From assembly GCF_051903065.1 (NCBI RefSeq), contig NZ_CP178438.1: a stretch of 64,000 nucleotides of DNA, one strand, 5' to 3'. This DNA comes from Escherichia coli. GTDB taxonomy: Bacteria; Pseudomonadota; Gammaproteobacteria; Enterobacterales; Enterobacteriaceae. The position numbers and the translations under genes are program-made. Shown piece after piece: positions 17,661 through 28,083 of the stretch. Under the pieces are notes generated by a model. The model was not told the DNA's origin, searched no databases, and saw nothing but the letters and a program-made list of their open reading frames with translations. How positions within the stretch are numbered: position 1 is the stretch's first letter; each line of letters opens with the position of its first letter.

Positions 17661-18413
17661 ATGAACCTTGAAGCCTTACCAAAATATTACTCCCCAAAAT
17701 CTCCCAAATTGAGCGATGAGGCACCGGCGACAGGCTCGAGTGGTTTAACGATTACGGATGTGATGGCTGCGCAGGGGATGGTGCAGTCGAAAGCACCGCT
17801 TGGGTTTGCCTTATTTCTGGCAAAAGTTGGTGTTCAGGATCCTCAGTTTGCGATTGAAGGTCTGCTCAATTACGCGATGGCACTGGATAACCCGACATTG
17901 AACAAATTGAGTGAAGAAACCCGGTTACAGATCATCCCTTACCTTGTGAATTTTGCCTTTGCTGATTATTCCAGGTCTGCTGCAAGTAAGGCTCGCTGTG
18001 AGCATTGTGCTGGTACTGGATTTCATAATGTATTGCGCGAAGTGGTGAAACACTCCAGAAGCGGGGAATCTGTTATCAAGGAAGAGTGGGTGAAGGAACT
18101 ATGTCAGCATTGTTATGGTAAGGGAGAGGTCAGCACAGCGTGTAGAGGGTGTAAGGGGAAAGGTATTGTACTGGATGAAAAAAGAACCCGGCTTCATGGT
18201 GCGCCTGTTTATAAGGTTTGTGGGCGTTGCAATGGAAACCGGTTTAGCCGTTTACCAACCACACTGGCGCGGCATCATGTCCAGAAGCTGGTACCGGATC
18301 TGACGGATTATCAGTGGTACAAAGGATATGCAGATGTCATTGATAAACTGGTTACAAAGTGCTGGCAGGAAGAAGCATATGCAGAGACACAATTGAGAAA
18401 AGTGACAAGATAA
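17661..18413 (+). CDS. late-gene antiterminator Q-like protein
   Basis: 250 aa with multiple CxxC pairs; placed immediately upstream of a promoter-terminator pair and the lysis cassette. Confidence 0.55.
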   Translation: MNLEALPKYYSPKSPKLSDEAPATGSSGLTITDVMAAQGMVQSKAPLGFALFLAKVGVQDPQFAIEGLLNYAMALDNPTLNKLSEETRLQIIPYLVNFAFADYSRSAASKARCEHCAGTGFHNVLREVVKHSRSGESVIKEEWVKELCQHCYGKGEVSTACRGCKGKGIVLDEKRTRLHGAPVYKVCGRCNGNRFSRLPTTLARHHVQKLVPDLTDYQWYKGYADVIDKLVTKCWQEEAYAETQLRKVTR

Positions 18414-18444
18414 ATGATTTTCGCCGAAGATGGCGACATGATGC

Positions 18445-18473
18445 TTGCATTTTTCAAAAAATATGGATAAGAT
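18445..18473 (+). promoter_or_regulatory. candidate late promoter (pR'-like)
   Basis: TTGCAT (18445-18450), 17-bp spacer, TAAGAT (18468-18473), about 50 nt upstream of a strong terminator. Confidence 0.4.
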
Positions 18474-18518
18474 TTTCCCAACGATGGGCTTTGTATGTCT
18501 ACCGTTGATAAGATTTAA

Positions 18519-18546
18519 GAACCCGCCACTGAGCGGGTTTTTTGTA
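18519..18546 (+). terminator. tR'-like rho-independent terminator
   Basis: ACCCGC-cactga-GCGGGT followed by TTTTTTG. Confidence 0.75.
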
Positions 18547-18641
18547 CCTGTAAACTTGGTGCAGTACAGTAAACACGCTGGTGGTCGTGAATACTGACTT
18601 TTTATCTTGCTGGATTTTTAGACAAGAGTTATTGGTATGTC

Positions 18642-18869
18642 ATGTTAACCAGAAGGGAAAAAGACATGCTAAAACAGCAAGATATGACAGAAACCGCCGC
18701 CGCAGTCCTTCATTTCTTACCTGCTGACAAGTGGGTAACGCCACGCATGATGACGAGAACTACCGGAGTAAGCGAAGCCCGGTGCCAGTTAATACTGACT
18801 CAGTTAGTTCTGGCGGGTCTGGCGAAGGATAACGGCGGGTACGGGAATAAATTCAGACGCTGCCAGTAA
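18642..18869 (+). CDS. small hypothetical protein (possible winged-helix regulator)
   Basis: 75 aa; first gene after the late terminator; start could be the ATG at 18666. Confidence 0.35.
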   Translation: MLTRREKDMLKQQDMTETAAAVLHFLPADKWVTPRMMTRTTGVSEARCQLILTQLVLAGLAKDNGGYGNKFRRCQ

Positions 18870-19019
18870 TGGCGGTTTCCTGCTGTGAAAATGGGCGGCT
18901 GGTGGGTGTTGGTAGCACCTGCCAGCCATTCGCTCATGCTTACTGGTCACAAGCGAACCACGGCCCACTGCTTTAGCGCAAAAGCAGAGTGAGCCTACCA
19001 GAGTTACGCTTACTGATCC

Positions 19020-20072
19020 ATGAAAAATACTGTAAAAATAAACAGTGTTGATTTAATCAACGCTGATTGCCTGCATTTTATTCAGTCCCTGCCTGATGAT
19101 TCCATTGACCTGATTGTTACCGATCCGCCTTACTTCAAGGTGAAACCTAACGGTTGGGACAATCAGTGGAAAGGGGACGAAGATTACCTTAAGTGGCTGG
19201 ACCACTGTCTGGCCCAGTTCTGGCGGGTGTTGAAACCTGCCGGAAGCCTTTACCTGTTCTGTGGGCATCGCCTGGCATCTGATATTGAGATCATGATGCG
19301 TGAACGTTTCAACGTGCTTAACCATATCATCTGGGCGAAGCCGTCCGGACGTTGGAATGGGTGTAATAAAGAAAGTCTGCGCGCATATTTTCCTGCCACA
19401 GAGCGCGTTCTGTTTGCTGAACATTACCAGGGGCCATATCGCGGCAAAAGTGACGGCTATGCGGCAAAAGAAAGGGAACTCAAACAGCACATAATGGCAC
19501 CGCTGATATCGTATTTCAGGGATGCTCGTGCCGAACTGGGTATAACGGCAAAACAAATTGCCGAAGCCACAGGTAAGAAAAATATGGTTTCCCACTGGTT
19601 TGGTGCCAGTCAGTGGCAGTTGCCGAATGAGGCTGACTATCGGAAGTTACAGGCACTGTTTTCCCGTATAGCGGCAGAGAAGTTTCAGGAACAACAACTG
19701 GAACAACCACACCACCAGCTGGTGGCATCTTATGATTCACTGAATCGCAAATATTCTGAATTGCTGGATGAGTTTAAATCTCTCCGGCGCTATTTCTCCG
19801 TATCAGTCTCCGTGCCTTATACCGATGTCTGGACGCATAAGCCCGTTCAGTTCTACCCGGGTAAACATCCGTGCGAGAAACCGACGGATATGCTCCGGCA
19901 AATAATCAATGCCAGTAGTCGACCTGGTGATCTGGTTGCTGATTTCTTTATGGGATCCGGTTCCACAATAAAAGCAGCAATGGCGCTGGGGCGTCGGGCG
20001 TTAGGTGTTGAACTTGAGTCAGAGCGGTTTAATCAGACGGTGAAAGAGGTAAGTGAACTGGTGGGGAAATAA
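19020..20072 (+). CDS. DNA methyltransferase (beta-class N6-adenine or N4-cytosine; DPPY motif)
   Basis: 350 aa; ..DLIVTDPPYF.. (motif IV) near the N-terminus and ..FFMGSGST.. (motif I) near the C-terminus. Confidence 0.75.
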   Translation: MKNTVKINSVDLINADCLHFIQSLPDDSIDLIVTDPPYFKVKPNGWDNQWKGDEDYLKWLDHCLAQFWRVLKPAGSLYLFCGHRLASDIEIMMRERFNVLNHIIWAKPSGRWNGCNKESLRAYFPATERVLFAEHYQGPYRGKSDGYAAKERELKQHIMAPLISYFRDARAELGITAKQIAEATGKKNMVSHWFGASQWQLPNEADYRKLQALFSRIAAEKFQEQQLEQPHHQLVASYDSLNRKYSELLDEFKSLRRYFSVSVSVPYTDVWTHKPVQFYPGKHPCEKPTDMLRQIINASSRPGDLVADFFMGSGSTIKAAMALGRRALGVELESERFNQTVKEVSELVGK

Positions 20073-20148
20073 TTCTGGTGGCCACGTTGCGTGGCCTTTT
20101 TATTTCCAACACAGCACCCGCAAATATCGCGAGGTGAGAGATGACGAA

Positions 20149-20484
20149 ATGCCTCATAACCCAAATACCTGGCCGGACTGGCTGGAGTTGTTTCAGAGCT
20201 GGTGGCGTGGAGACACACCGCTGGGTGCAGTGATTATGTCGATCGTTATGGCTGGTTTGCGCATCGCCTATTTTGGCGGTGGTGGTGGCTGGAAGCGAAA
20301 AACGCTCGAGATTTTGCTCTGTGGCGCTCTGACGCTGACCTTTGCATCCGCTCTTGAATATGTCGGATGGCCTAAATCGCTTTCTGTTGCCATTGGTGGT
20401 GGCGTGGGGCTGATCGGTGTCGATGCTATTCGTGGGGCTGCAATGCGAGTAATCGGTAACAAATTTGGTAGCTCGAAGGAGTAA
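20149..20484 (+). CDS. holin
   Basis: 111 aa from the internal ATG with RBS; hydrophobic segments and charged C-terminus; immediately upstream of the endolysin. Confidence 0.65.
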   Translation: MPHNPNTWPDWLELFQSWWRGDTPLGAVIMSIVMAGLRIAYFGGGGGWKRKTLEILLCGALTLTFASALEYVGWPKSLSVAIGGGVGLIGVDAIRGAAMRVIGNKFGSSKE

Positions 20485-20487
20485 TTT

Positions 20488-20964
20488 ATGCAGGCACTAA
20501 ATTCCCAGCGTAAAGCTTTCCTGGATATGGTGGCATGGTCAGAAGGAACGGATAACGGGCGACAACCGACACGTAACCACGGTTATGATGTTATTGTTGG
20601 TGGCGAACTGTTCACTGATTACTCCGATCACCCTCGCAAACTTGTCACGCTAAACCCAAAACTCAAATCAACAGCCGCCGGACGTTACCAGCTTCTTTCC
20701 CGTTGGTGGGATGCCTATCGTAAGCAGCTTGGCCTGAAAGACTTCTCTCCGAAAAGCCAGGACGCTGTGGCATTGCAGCAGATTAAGGAGCGTGGCGCTT
20801 TACCGATGATTGATCGCGGTGATATCCGTCAGGCTATCGATCGTTGCAGCAATATCTGGGCGTCGTTACCTGGTGCAGGTTATGGTCAGTATGAACATAA
20901 AATCAGTGATCTGATTTCCCGGTTTAAAGAGGCTGGTGGGGTGGTAAATGAAGTTGAGCTATAA
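20488..20964 (+). CDS. R: endolysin, lambda R-like lytic transglycosylase
   Basis: 158 aa; ..NSQRKAFLDMVAWSEGTDNGRQPTRNHGYDVIVGGELFTDYSDHPRK.. closely matches the recalled lambda R sequence. Confidence 0.9.
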   Translation: MQALNSQRKAFLDMVAWSEGTDNGRQPTRNHGYDVIVGGELFTDYSDHPRKLVTLNPKLKSTAAGRYQLLSRWWDAYRKQLGLKDFSPKSQDAVALQQIKERGALPMIDRGDIRQAIDRCSNIWASLPGAGYGQYEHKISDLISRFKEAGGVVNEVEL

Positions 20965-21340
20965 GCTGGTTATCGCTGCATTCTTCTTTACTGTCATCGG
21001 TTCTTTCATCTGGTCTGCCAACCACTACTACAGCAAATATCAGCACGAAAAGAAACGTGCTGATGAGGCTGTACAAAATGCCAAATCGGCAACTGTCATT
21101 ACCAATAACGTCCTGCAATCACTGCAAATCGTCAATACAGTTCTGGAGGCTAACCAGCATGCAAAACAGCAGATCACACTGGAGTCACAGAGAACCCAGG
21201 AAGATATCAAAGTGGCTGTTGCGGATGATGATTGTGCTTCACGTCCTGTGCCTGCTGCCGCTGCTGACCGGTTGCGGAAGTACGCGAACAGTTTACGTAC
21301 CGATTCCGGCGGTACCGTTGCCAGCAAGCCTGACTACTGA
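20948..21340 (+). CDS. i-spanin (Rz-like)
   Basis: 130 aa with N-terminal TM segment and coiled-coil-like remainder; overlaps the endolysin stop. Confidence 0.7.
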   Translation: MKLSYKLVIAAFFFTVIGSFIWSANHYYSKYQHEKKRADEAVQNAKSATVITNNVLQSLQIVNTVLEANQHAKQQITLESQRTQEDIKVAVADDDCASRPVPAAAADRLRKYANSLRTDSGGTVASKPDY

Positions 21341-21497
21341 AACTCCCCAGCCAGTCATTCCCGAGCCGCTGACCTATGGGGCCAGTCTGGATCTGAATGT
21401 GAGCCTGCTTTCGGCGTTGGGACAATGCAATATTGACAAAGCGGGGATTCGAAGTATCGAGATGCGCCGTAACGCTTTGCTGGCAGCAGGCAAATAG
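21225..21497 (+). CDS. o-spanin (Rz1-like lipoprotein), +1 frame overlapping Rz
   Basis: MMIVLHVLCLLPLLTGCGS.. lipobox (LTGC), Pro-rich mature region; starts inside Rz and extends beyond it. Confidence 0.65.
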   Translation: MMIVLHVLCLLPLLTGCGSTRTVYVPIPAVPLPASLTTETPQPVIPEPLTYGASLDLNVSLLSALGQCNIDKAGIRSIEMRRNALLAAGK

Positions 21498-21523
21498 TCC
21501 GGACAAAGAACAGGAATATATTT

Positions 21524-21874
21524 ATGCCCCCTCGAACTCCAAAAGCCTGCCGCGTTCGCGGCTGCCGTAATACCACGACAGACCCGTCAGGCTACTGCGA
21601 AAGCCACAAAAGCGAAGGCTGGAAGCAATACAAGTCAGGACAATCCCGTCATCAGCGCGGTTATGGTTCTAAGTGGGATGTTATCCGTGTGCGTGTGCTG
21701 CAACGTGACAAAGGCCTGTGTCAGTTATGTCTGCGTGCCGGTGTGGCGCGTGAAGCGAAAACCGTTGACCACATCATCCCTAAAGCACATGGCGGCACTG
21801 ATGCCGACAGTAATCTGCAGAGTCTGTGCTGGCCGTGTCATAAGGCGAAGACGGCCCGTGAACGGCTTAAGTGA
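21524..21874 (+). CDS. HNH endonuclease (terminase-associated)
   Basis: 116 aa; ..CQLCLRAG....VDHIIPKAHGGTDADSNLQSLCWPCHKAKT.. HNH motif; just upstream of terminase. Confidence 0.8.
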   Translation: MPPRTPKACRVRGCRNTTTDPSGYCESHKSEGWKQYKSGQSRHQRGYGSKWDVIRVRVLQRDKGLCQLCLRAGVAREAKTVDHIIPKAHGGTDADSNLQSLCWPCHKAKTARERLK

Positions 21875-21999
21875 TAATAACTCTCAACTGTCTGAGGGGA
21901 GGGGCGGGTCAAATCTCTGTGACCTGACGTCTTCCGGACTGCCCGCCCCATCGTTTTTTTATACCCGCGAAAAATGAAATTTAACCAGGAGTGCCGCAT

Positions 22000-22494
22000 A
22001 TGGCTGGAACGGCGGGGCGTTCCGGGCGTCGCCCCAAGCCAACGGCGCGCAAGGCGCTGGCCGGAAACCCCGGCAAGCGAGCCCTGAACAAAGATGAACC
22101 TGTTTTTACGCCCATCAAAGGGGTTGAGCCACCGGAGTGGTTCGCAGAAGAAGATCTCCCTCTCGCTACGATCATGTGGCAACTGACAACTAAAGAACTC
22201 TGCGGTCAGGGTCTGCTGTGCGTGACTGACCTCGCGGTGCTTGAGCGGTGGTGCGTGGCCTACGAGTTCTGGCGACGTGCCGTGAAAAATATTGCCAGAC
22301 AGGGCAACACCATCACCGGTGCAATGGGCGGTATGGTCAAAAATCCGGAGCTGACCGCCAAAAAAGAACAGGAGTCCGAGATGAGCAGTACGGGGGCAAT
22401 GCTCGGACTCGACCCCAGCAGCCGCCAGCGTCTGATTGGCCTGGCGGGGCAGAAGAAAGCCACTAACCCGTTTCTGAAAATCATCGAATCATGA
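22000..22494 (+). CDS. terminase small subunit
   Basis: ATG at 22000, 9 nt after AGGAG; ~165 aa; directly upstream of and overlapping the terminase large subunit. Confidence 0.7.
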   Translation: MAGTAGRSGRRPKPTARKALAGNPGKRALNKDEPVFTPIKGVEPPEWFAEEDLPLATIMWQLTTKELCGQGLLCVTDLAVLERWCVAYEFWRRAVKNIARQGNTITGAMGGMVKNPELTAKKEQESEMSSTGAMLGLDPSSRQRLIGLAGQKKATNPFLKIIES

Positions 22495-24224
22495 GCCGGA
22501 AATCTTACCCCAACGTAAATGCTGCCAATCAGTATGCCCGTGATGTCGTGCGCGGAAAGATTGTGGCCTGCCAGTTTGTGATTCAGGCCTGCCAGCGCCA
22601 TCTTGATGACCTGATGGAGGAAAAAAGTAAGTCGTTTCGTTACCGCTTCGACAAGGACCTGGCTGAACGGGCCGCGAAATTTATTCAGCTGTTGCCGCAC
22701 ACCAAGGGTGAGTGGGCATTTAAACGGATGCCCATCACGCTGGAGCCGTGGCAGCTATTTGTGATCTGCTGTGCGTTTGGCTGGGTCAATAAAGGCACCC
22801 GGTTGCGCCGCTTCCGGGAGGTGTATACCGAAATTCCCCGTAAGAACGGCAAATCGGCAATCTCTGCCGGTGTTGCCCTGTATTGTTTTGCCTGTGATAA
22901 CGAGTTCGGCGCGGAAGTGTATTCCGGTGCCACGACGGAGAAACAGGCATGGGAAGTCTTTCGTCCGGCACGACTGATGTGTAAACGCACACCCATGCTG
23001 ACGGAAGCGTTCGGGATTGAGGTTAACGCCTCAAACATGAACCGTCCGGAGGATGGTGCGCGGTTTGAACCGCTGATCGGTAACCCCGGTGATGGTTCAT
23101 CACCCCACTGTGCCGTGGTGGATGAATATCACGAGCACGCCACAGATGCGCTTTACACCACGATGCTTACCGGGATGGGGGCGCGACGCCAGCCACTGAT
23201 GTGGGCCATTACCACCGCCGGGTACAACATTGAGGGGCCGTGCTACGACAAACGGCGGGAAGTCATCGAGATGCTCAACGGCTCGGTGCCCAACGATGAA
23301 CTGTTCGGGATCATCTATACCGTTGACGAAGGCGACGACTGGACCGACCCGCAGGTACTTGAAAAAGCTAACCCGAATATCGGTGTGTCGGTTTATCGCG
23401 AGTTTTTGTTAAGCCAGCAGCAACGTGCGAAAAATAACGCCCGTCTGGCAAACGTCTTTAAAACAAAACACCTCAATATCTGGGTGTCGGCGCGTTCGGC
23501 GTATTTCAACCTGGTGAGCTGGCAGAGCTGCGAGAATAAATCACTGACCCTTGAGCAGTTTGAGGGGCAGCCGTGCATTCTGGCCTTTGACCTGGCGCGT
23601 AAGCTGGATATGAACAGTATGGCGCGACTTTATACCCGCGAGATTGACGGTAAAACGCATTACTACAGTGTGGCTCCGCGCTTCTGGGTACCGTATGACA
23701 CGGTGTACAGCGTCGAGAAAAATGAAGATCGCCGGACAGCCGAACGCTTTCAGAAATGGGTGGAAATGGGCGTTCTGACCGTTACCGATGGTGCGGAGGT
23801 GGATTATCGCTACATCCTCGAGGAGGCCAAAGCGGCGAACAAAATCAGCCCGGTCAGTGAGTCACCCATCGACCCCTTCGGGGCGACCGGGCTGTCGCAT
23901 GACCTTGCGGATGAAGACCTGAACCCCATCACCATCATTCAGAACTACACCAACATGTCCGACCCGATGAAAGAGCTGGAAGCGGCAATTGAATCGGGGC
24001 GTTTTCATCATGACGGCAATCCCATCATGACCTGGTGTATCGGCAACGTGGTCGGCAAAACCATTCCGGGTAACGATGATGTGGTGAAGCCCGTCAAGGA
24101 GCAGGCGGAAAACAAAATTGATGGTGCAGTTGCGCTGATTATGGCGGTTGGCAGAGCCATGCTGTACGAGAAAGAAGACACGCTGTCTGATCACATTGAG
24201 TCCTACGGGATCCGCTCGCTTTAA
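22491..24224 (+). CDS. terminase large subunit
   Basis: 577 aa; size, position and ATPase/nuclease-like organisation. Confidence 0.8.
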   Translation: MSRKSYPNVNAANQYARDVVRGKIVACQFVIQACQRHLDDLMEEKSKSFRYRFDKDLAERAAKFIQLLPHTKGEWAFKRMPITLEPWQLFVICCAFGWVNKGTRLRRFREVYTEIPRKNGKSAISAGVALYCFACDNEFGAEVYSGATTEKQAWEVFRPARLMCKRTPMLTEAFGIEVNASNMNRPEDGARFEPLIGNPGDGSSPHCAVVDEYHEHATDALYTTMLTGMGARRQPLMWAITTAGYNIEGPCYDKRREVIEMLNGSVPNDELFGIIYTVDEGDDWTDPQVLEKANPNIGVSVYREFLLSQQQRAKNNARLANVFKTKHLNIWVSARSAYFNLVSWQSCENKSLTLEQFEGQPCILAFDLARKLDMNSMARLYTREIDGKTHYYSVAPRFWVPYDTVYSVEKNEDRRTAERFQKWVEMGVLTVTDGAEVDYRYILEEAKAANKISPVSESPIDPFGATGLSHDLADEDLNPITIIQNYTNMSDPMKELEAAIESGRFHHDGNPIMTWCIGNVVGKTIPGNDDVVKPVKEQAENKIDGAVALIMAVGRAMLYEKEDTLSDHIESYGIRSL

Positions 24225-24235
24225 CTGAGGTAATT

Positions 24236-24418
24236 ATGATCATGCTGATTCTCGCGCCTCTGGTGGGCGTGCTGGGTGCGCTTTTGCTGGCGTATGGTGC
24301 CTGGCTGATTTATCCCCCGGCTGGGTTTGTTGTTGCCGGGGCGCTGTGCCTGTTCTGGTCGTGGCTGGTGGCGCGATATCTCGACCGTACACAGCCGTCT
24401 GTCGGCGGAGGTAAATAG
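24236..24418 (+). CDS. small membrane protein (hypothetical)
   Basis: 60 aa with two hydrophobic segments, between terminase and portal. Confidence 0.35.
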   Translation: MIMLILAPLVGVLGALLLAYGAWLIYPPAGFVVAGALCLFWSWLVARYLDRTQPSVGGGK

Positions 24419-25659
24419 TGTTCTTTTCGGGATTATTTCAACGAAAAAGTGACGCACCGGTGACCACGCCAGCAGAGCTGGCGGATGCTATCGGGCTGTC
24501 ATATGACACCTATACCGGAAAGCAGATCAGCAGCCAGCGGGCCATGCGACTGACGGCGGTTTTTTCCTGCGTCAGGGTGCTGGCGGAGTCGGTCGGGATG
24601 TTGCCCTGCAACCTGTATCACCTGAACGGCAGCCTGAAACAGAGAGCCACCGGCGAACGTCTGCATAAGCTGATCTCCACGCATCCCAATGGCTATATGA
24701 CGCCGCAGGAGTTCTGGGAGCTGGTGGTCACCTGTCTGTGCCTGCGGGGAAACTTTTACGCCTACAAAGTGAAAGCATTTGGCGAAGTGGCTGAACTGCT
24801 GCCCGTCGATCCCGGCTGTGTGGTACCGAAGCTTAACAGTAGCTGGGAGCCGGTCTATCAGGTCACATTCCCGGATGGCTCCACGGATGTACTGAGCCAG
24901 GAGGATATCTGGCATGTGCGCACGCTGACGCTGGACGGATTGGTGGGGCTGAATCCCATCGCCTATGCCCGCGAGGCAATATCGCTGGCGGCAGCGACCG
25001 AAGAGCACGGGGCCAGACTGTTCAGCAATGGCGCGGTGACGTCGGGTGTGTTGCGTACAGAGCAGACGCTGTCGGATCAGGCTTATGAGCGCCTGAAGAA
25101 AGATTTTGAGGAGCGTCACACCGGGCTTGGCAATGCTCACCGCCCGATGATCCTTGAGATGGGGCTGGACTGGAAGTCGATGGCGCTGAACGCCGAGGAC
25201 AGCCAGTTCCTGGAAACCCGCAAGTTTCAGCTTGAAGAAATCTGTCGTCTGTTCCGGGTGCCGTTGCACATGGTGCAGAACACCGATCGCGCCACCTTCA
25301 ACAATATCGAAGAGCTGGGGCTGGGATTTATCAACTATTCACTGGTGCCGTATCTGACCCGCATCGAACAGCGGATCAACACCGGACTGGTACGAAAAAG
25401 TAAGCAGGGCGTTTATTACGCCAAATTTAACGCCGGGGCGTTACTGCGCGGGGATATGAAGTCCCGTTTTGAAGCCTACGCCACCGGGATCAACTGGGGA
25501 ATTTACTCTCCCAATGACTGCCGCGACCTGGAAGATATGAATCCGCGTCCCGGTGGTGATGTCTATCTCACACCGATGAACATGACCACGAAACCCTCCG
25601 ATGGCAGTAAAGCCGGTAAGCAGAAGGATAACGCCAATGCAGACGAAACAACGTCTTGA
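24418..25659 (+). CDS. portal protein (HK97-like)
   Basis: 413 aa, GTG start; position after terminase, before protease. Confidence 0.75.
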   Translation: MFFSGLFQRKSDAPVTTPAELADAIGLSYDTYTGKQISSQRAMRLTAVFSCVRVLAESVGMLPCNLYHLNGSLKQRATGERLHKLISTHPNGYMTPQEFWELVVTCLCLRGNFYAYKVKAFGEVAELLPVDPGCVVPKLNSSWEPVYQVTFPDGSTDVLSQEDIWHVRTLTLDGLVGLNPIAYAREAISLAAATEEHGARLFSNGAVTSGVLRTEQTLSDQAYERLKKDFEERHTGLGNAHRPMILEMGLDWKSMALNAEDSQFLETRKFQLEEICRLFRVPLHMVQNTDRATFNNIEELGLGFINYSLVPYLTRIEQRINTGLVRKSKQGVYYAKFNAGALLRGDMKSRFEAYATGINWGIYSPNDCRDLEDMNPRPGGDVYLTPMNMTTKPSDGSKAGKQKDNANADETTS

Positions 25660-26287
25660 TGTACCGCTGAGTCTGAAATCTGTCAGTGACTCCGGTGAGT
25701 TTGAAGGGTATGGCTCCGTCTTTGGTGTAAAGGACAGCCACGATGATGTGGTGATGTCCGGGGCATTTGCTGCTTCCCTGCGGGCGTGGAGTGACAGAAA
25801 AGCGTTACCTGCGCTGCTCTGGCAGCACCGCATGGATGAACCCATCGGTGTTTACACCGAAATGAAGGAAGACGATGTCGGGCTTTACGTCAGGGGACGG
25901 TTGCTTATTGATGATGATCCCCTCGCAAAACGCGCACATGCACACATGAAGGCCGGTTCGTTAACCGGCCTTTCTATTGGGTACGTCCTGAAAGACTGGG
26001 AATACGACCGGAGCAAAGAAGCCTTTCTGCTGAAAGAAATCGACCTCTGGGAAGTCAGCCTGGTGACGTTCCCGTCTAACGACGAGGCGCGGATCAGCGA
26101 CGTCAAGAACGCACTGGCCCGCGGGGAAATCCCCGAACAGAAAAAAATCGAAAGAGTCCTGCGTGATGTCGGACTCTCCCGTACCCAGGCCAAAGCATTC
26201 ATGGCCGGGGGCTATGGCGCACTGTCCCTGCGCGACGCTGAGGATGTGGGCTCTGCACTGAATGCACTGAAAAATCTGAACTTCTAA
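25637..26287 (+). CDS. prohead protease (HK97-like)
   Basis: Start at the internal ATG (MQTKQRLDVPLSLKSVSDSGEFEGYGSVFGV..); typical N-terminus of caudoviral prohead proteases. Confidence 0.75.
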   Translation: MQTKQRLDVPLSLKSVSDSGEFEGYGSVFGVKDSHDDVVMSGAFAASLRAWSDRKALPALLWQHRMDEPIGVYTEMKEDDVGLYVRGRLLIDDDPLAKRAHAHMKAGSLTGLSIGYVLKDWEYDRSKEAFLLKEIDLWEVSLVTFPSNDEARISDVKNALARGEIPEQKKIERVLRDVGLSRTQAKAFMAGGYGALSLRDAEDVGSALNALKNLNF

Positions 26288-26301
26288 TCAGGAGAAATAC
26301 G

Positions 26302-27507
26302 ATGGCGGTTGATATTAAAGATGTGGAACAGGTCGCGCAGGAGCTGCAGCAGAAGTTTGACGACTTCAAGGCAAAGAACGACAAGCGCGTGGATGCGATT
26401 GAGCAGGAAAAAGGCAAACTTGCCGGACAGGTGGAAACCCTGAACGGGAAACTCAGCGAGCTGGAAAATCTCAAAAGCGACCTTGAAAAAGAGCTGCTTG
26501 AGCTGAAACGTCCGGCAGGTGGTGCGCAAAATAAACTGGCCACGGAGCATAAAGAGGCTTTTGTGGGTTTCCTGCGTAAAGGCCGTGAAGACGGTCTGCG
26601 CGATCTGGAGCGTAAGGCATTGCAGGTGGGTACCGATGAAGACGGTGGCTACGCCGTGCCGGAAGAACTGGATCGCAACATTCTCAACCTGCTGAAAGAT
26701 GAAGTGGTGATGCGTCAGGAAGCCACGGTGATCACCGTTGGCGGTTCCGACTACAAAAAACTGGTGAATCTGGGCGGCACGGCTTCCGGATGGGTGGGGG
26801 AAACTGATACGCGATCCCAGACTGCCACCTCCAGACTGGAGCTGATTGAACCTCTCATGGGGGAAATCTACGGCAACCCGCAGGCCACCCAGAAAATGCT
26901 GGACGATGCCTTCTTCAACGTGGAGGGCTGGATCAACAGCGAGCTGGCAACCGAATTTGCCGAACAGGAAGAAATTGCCTTTACCTCCGGCGATGGCACC
27001 AAGAAGCCGAAAGGGTTCCTGGCGTATGAATCCACGGATGAAACCGACAAGGTCCGGGCGTTTGGCAAACTTCAGCATATTGTATCCGGTGAAGCGACTG
27101 CGGTGACCGCAGACGCCATTATCAAACTGATTTACACGCTGCGTAAGGCACATCGCACCGGTGCGAAGTTCATGATGAACAACAACAGCCTGTTTGCCAT
27201 TCGTCTGCTGAAAGACACCGAGGGTAACTATCTGTGGCGTCCGGGGCTGGAACTGGGGCAGCCGTCCTCTCTGGCGGGTTACGGTATCGCTGAAAACGAG
27301 CAGATGCCGGATATCGCCGCGGATGCGAAAGCCATTGCATTTGGTAACTTCAAACGGGGTTACACCATCGTTGACCGTATCGGCACCCGCATTCTGCGTG
27401 ACCCGTACACCAATAAACCGTTTGTCGGTTTTTATACCACCAAGCGCACCGGCGGGATGCTGGTCGATTCGCAGGCCATCAAACTGCTGAAGATTGCAGC
27501 GGCGTAA
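26302..27507 (+). CDS. major capsid protein (HK97-like)
   Basis: 401 aa with coiled-coil N-terminal delta-like region (MAVDIKDVEQVAQELQQKFDDFKAKNDKRVD..) then capsid body. Confidence 0.8.
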   Translation: MAVDIKDVEQVAQELQQKFDDFKAKNDKRVDAIEQEKGKLAGQVETLNGKLSELENLKSDLEKELLELKRPAGGAQNKLATEHKEAFVGFLRKGREDGLRDLERKALQVGTDEDGGYAVPEELDRNILNLLKDEVVMRQEATVITVGGSDYKKLVNLGGTASGWVGETDTRSQTATSRLELIEPLMGEIYGNPQATQKMLDDAFFNVEGWINSELATEFAEQEEIAFTSGDGTKKPKGFLAYESTDETDKVRAFGKLQHIVSGEATAVTADAIIKLIYTLRKAHRTGAKFMMNNNSLFAIRLLKDTEGNYLWRPGLELGQPSSLAGYGIAENEQMPDIAADAKAIAFGNFKRGYTIVDRIGTRILRDPYTNKPFVGFYTTKRTGGMLVDSQAIKLLKIAAA

Positions 27508-27556
27508 TCATTCAGGGGCGCGGAACCGCGCCCCCTGTTCTGACGGGTGAAGAATC

Positions 27557-27757
27557 ATGATCCTGAAACAAGATCTGAAATGGTCACCGGACGGTATGCG
27601 TGTTGAGGTCATTCGGGCCGGTGAGTATGACGACGGGACGCTTCCTGCCCGGGTGCAGGAGATTGCACTTCAGGCCGGGTTAGCAGAGCGCGGAACCAGT
27701 ACAAAAAGCAGTAAAGCAGCAAAAGAGAAAAAAGCCACGACCAGTAAAGAGGGCTGA
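27557..27757 (+). CDS. small hypothetical head-region protein
   Basis: 66 aa, Lys/Ser-rich C-terminus. Confidence 0.35.
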   Translation: MILKQDLKWSPDGMRVEVIRAGEYDDGTLPARVQEIALQAGLAERGTSTKSSKAAKEKKATTSKEG

Positions 27758-27759
27758 GT

Positions 27760-28083
27760 ATGCTTCTGACAATGGAAGAGATTAAAGCCCAACTCCGGCT
27801 GGATGAGGATTTCGATGCTGATGACCGCCATCTGCAACTGCTGGCCTGTGCGGCGCAAAAGCGGACGGAAACGTATCTGAACCGGAAGCTCTATACACCG
27901 GATGAAACCATTCCGGACAGCGATCCGGACGGGCTGCACCTGCCGGATGATATTCGTCTGGGGATGCTGATGCTTATCAGCCATTTTTACGAAAATCGCT
28001 CGTCGGTTACAGACGTTGAGAAAATGGAGTTGCCAATGAGCTTTAACTGGCTTGTCGGCCCGTACAGGTACTTTCCGCAATGA
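27760..28083 (+). CDS. head-tail connector (gp6-like)
   Basis: 107 aa; position and size. Confidence 0.55.
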   Translation: MLLTMEEIKAQLRLDEDFDADDRHLQLLACAAQKRTETYLNRKLYTPDETIPDSDPDGLHLPDDIRLGMLMLISHFYENRSSVTDVEKMELPMSFNWLVGPYRYFPQ

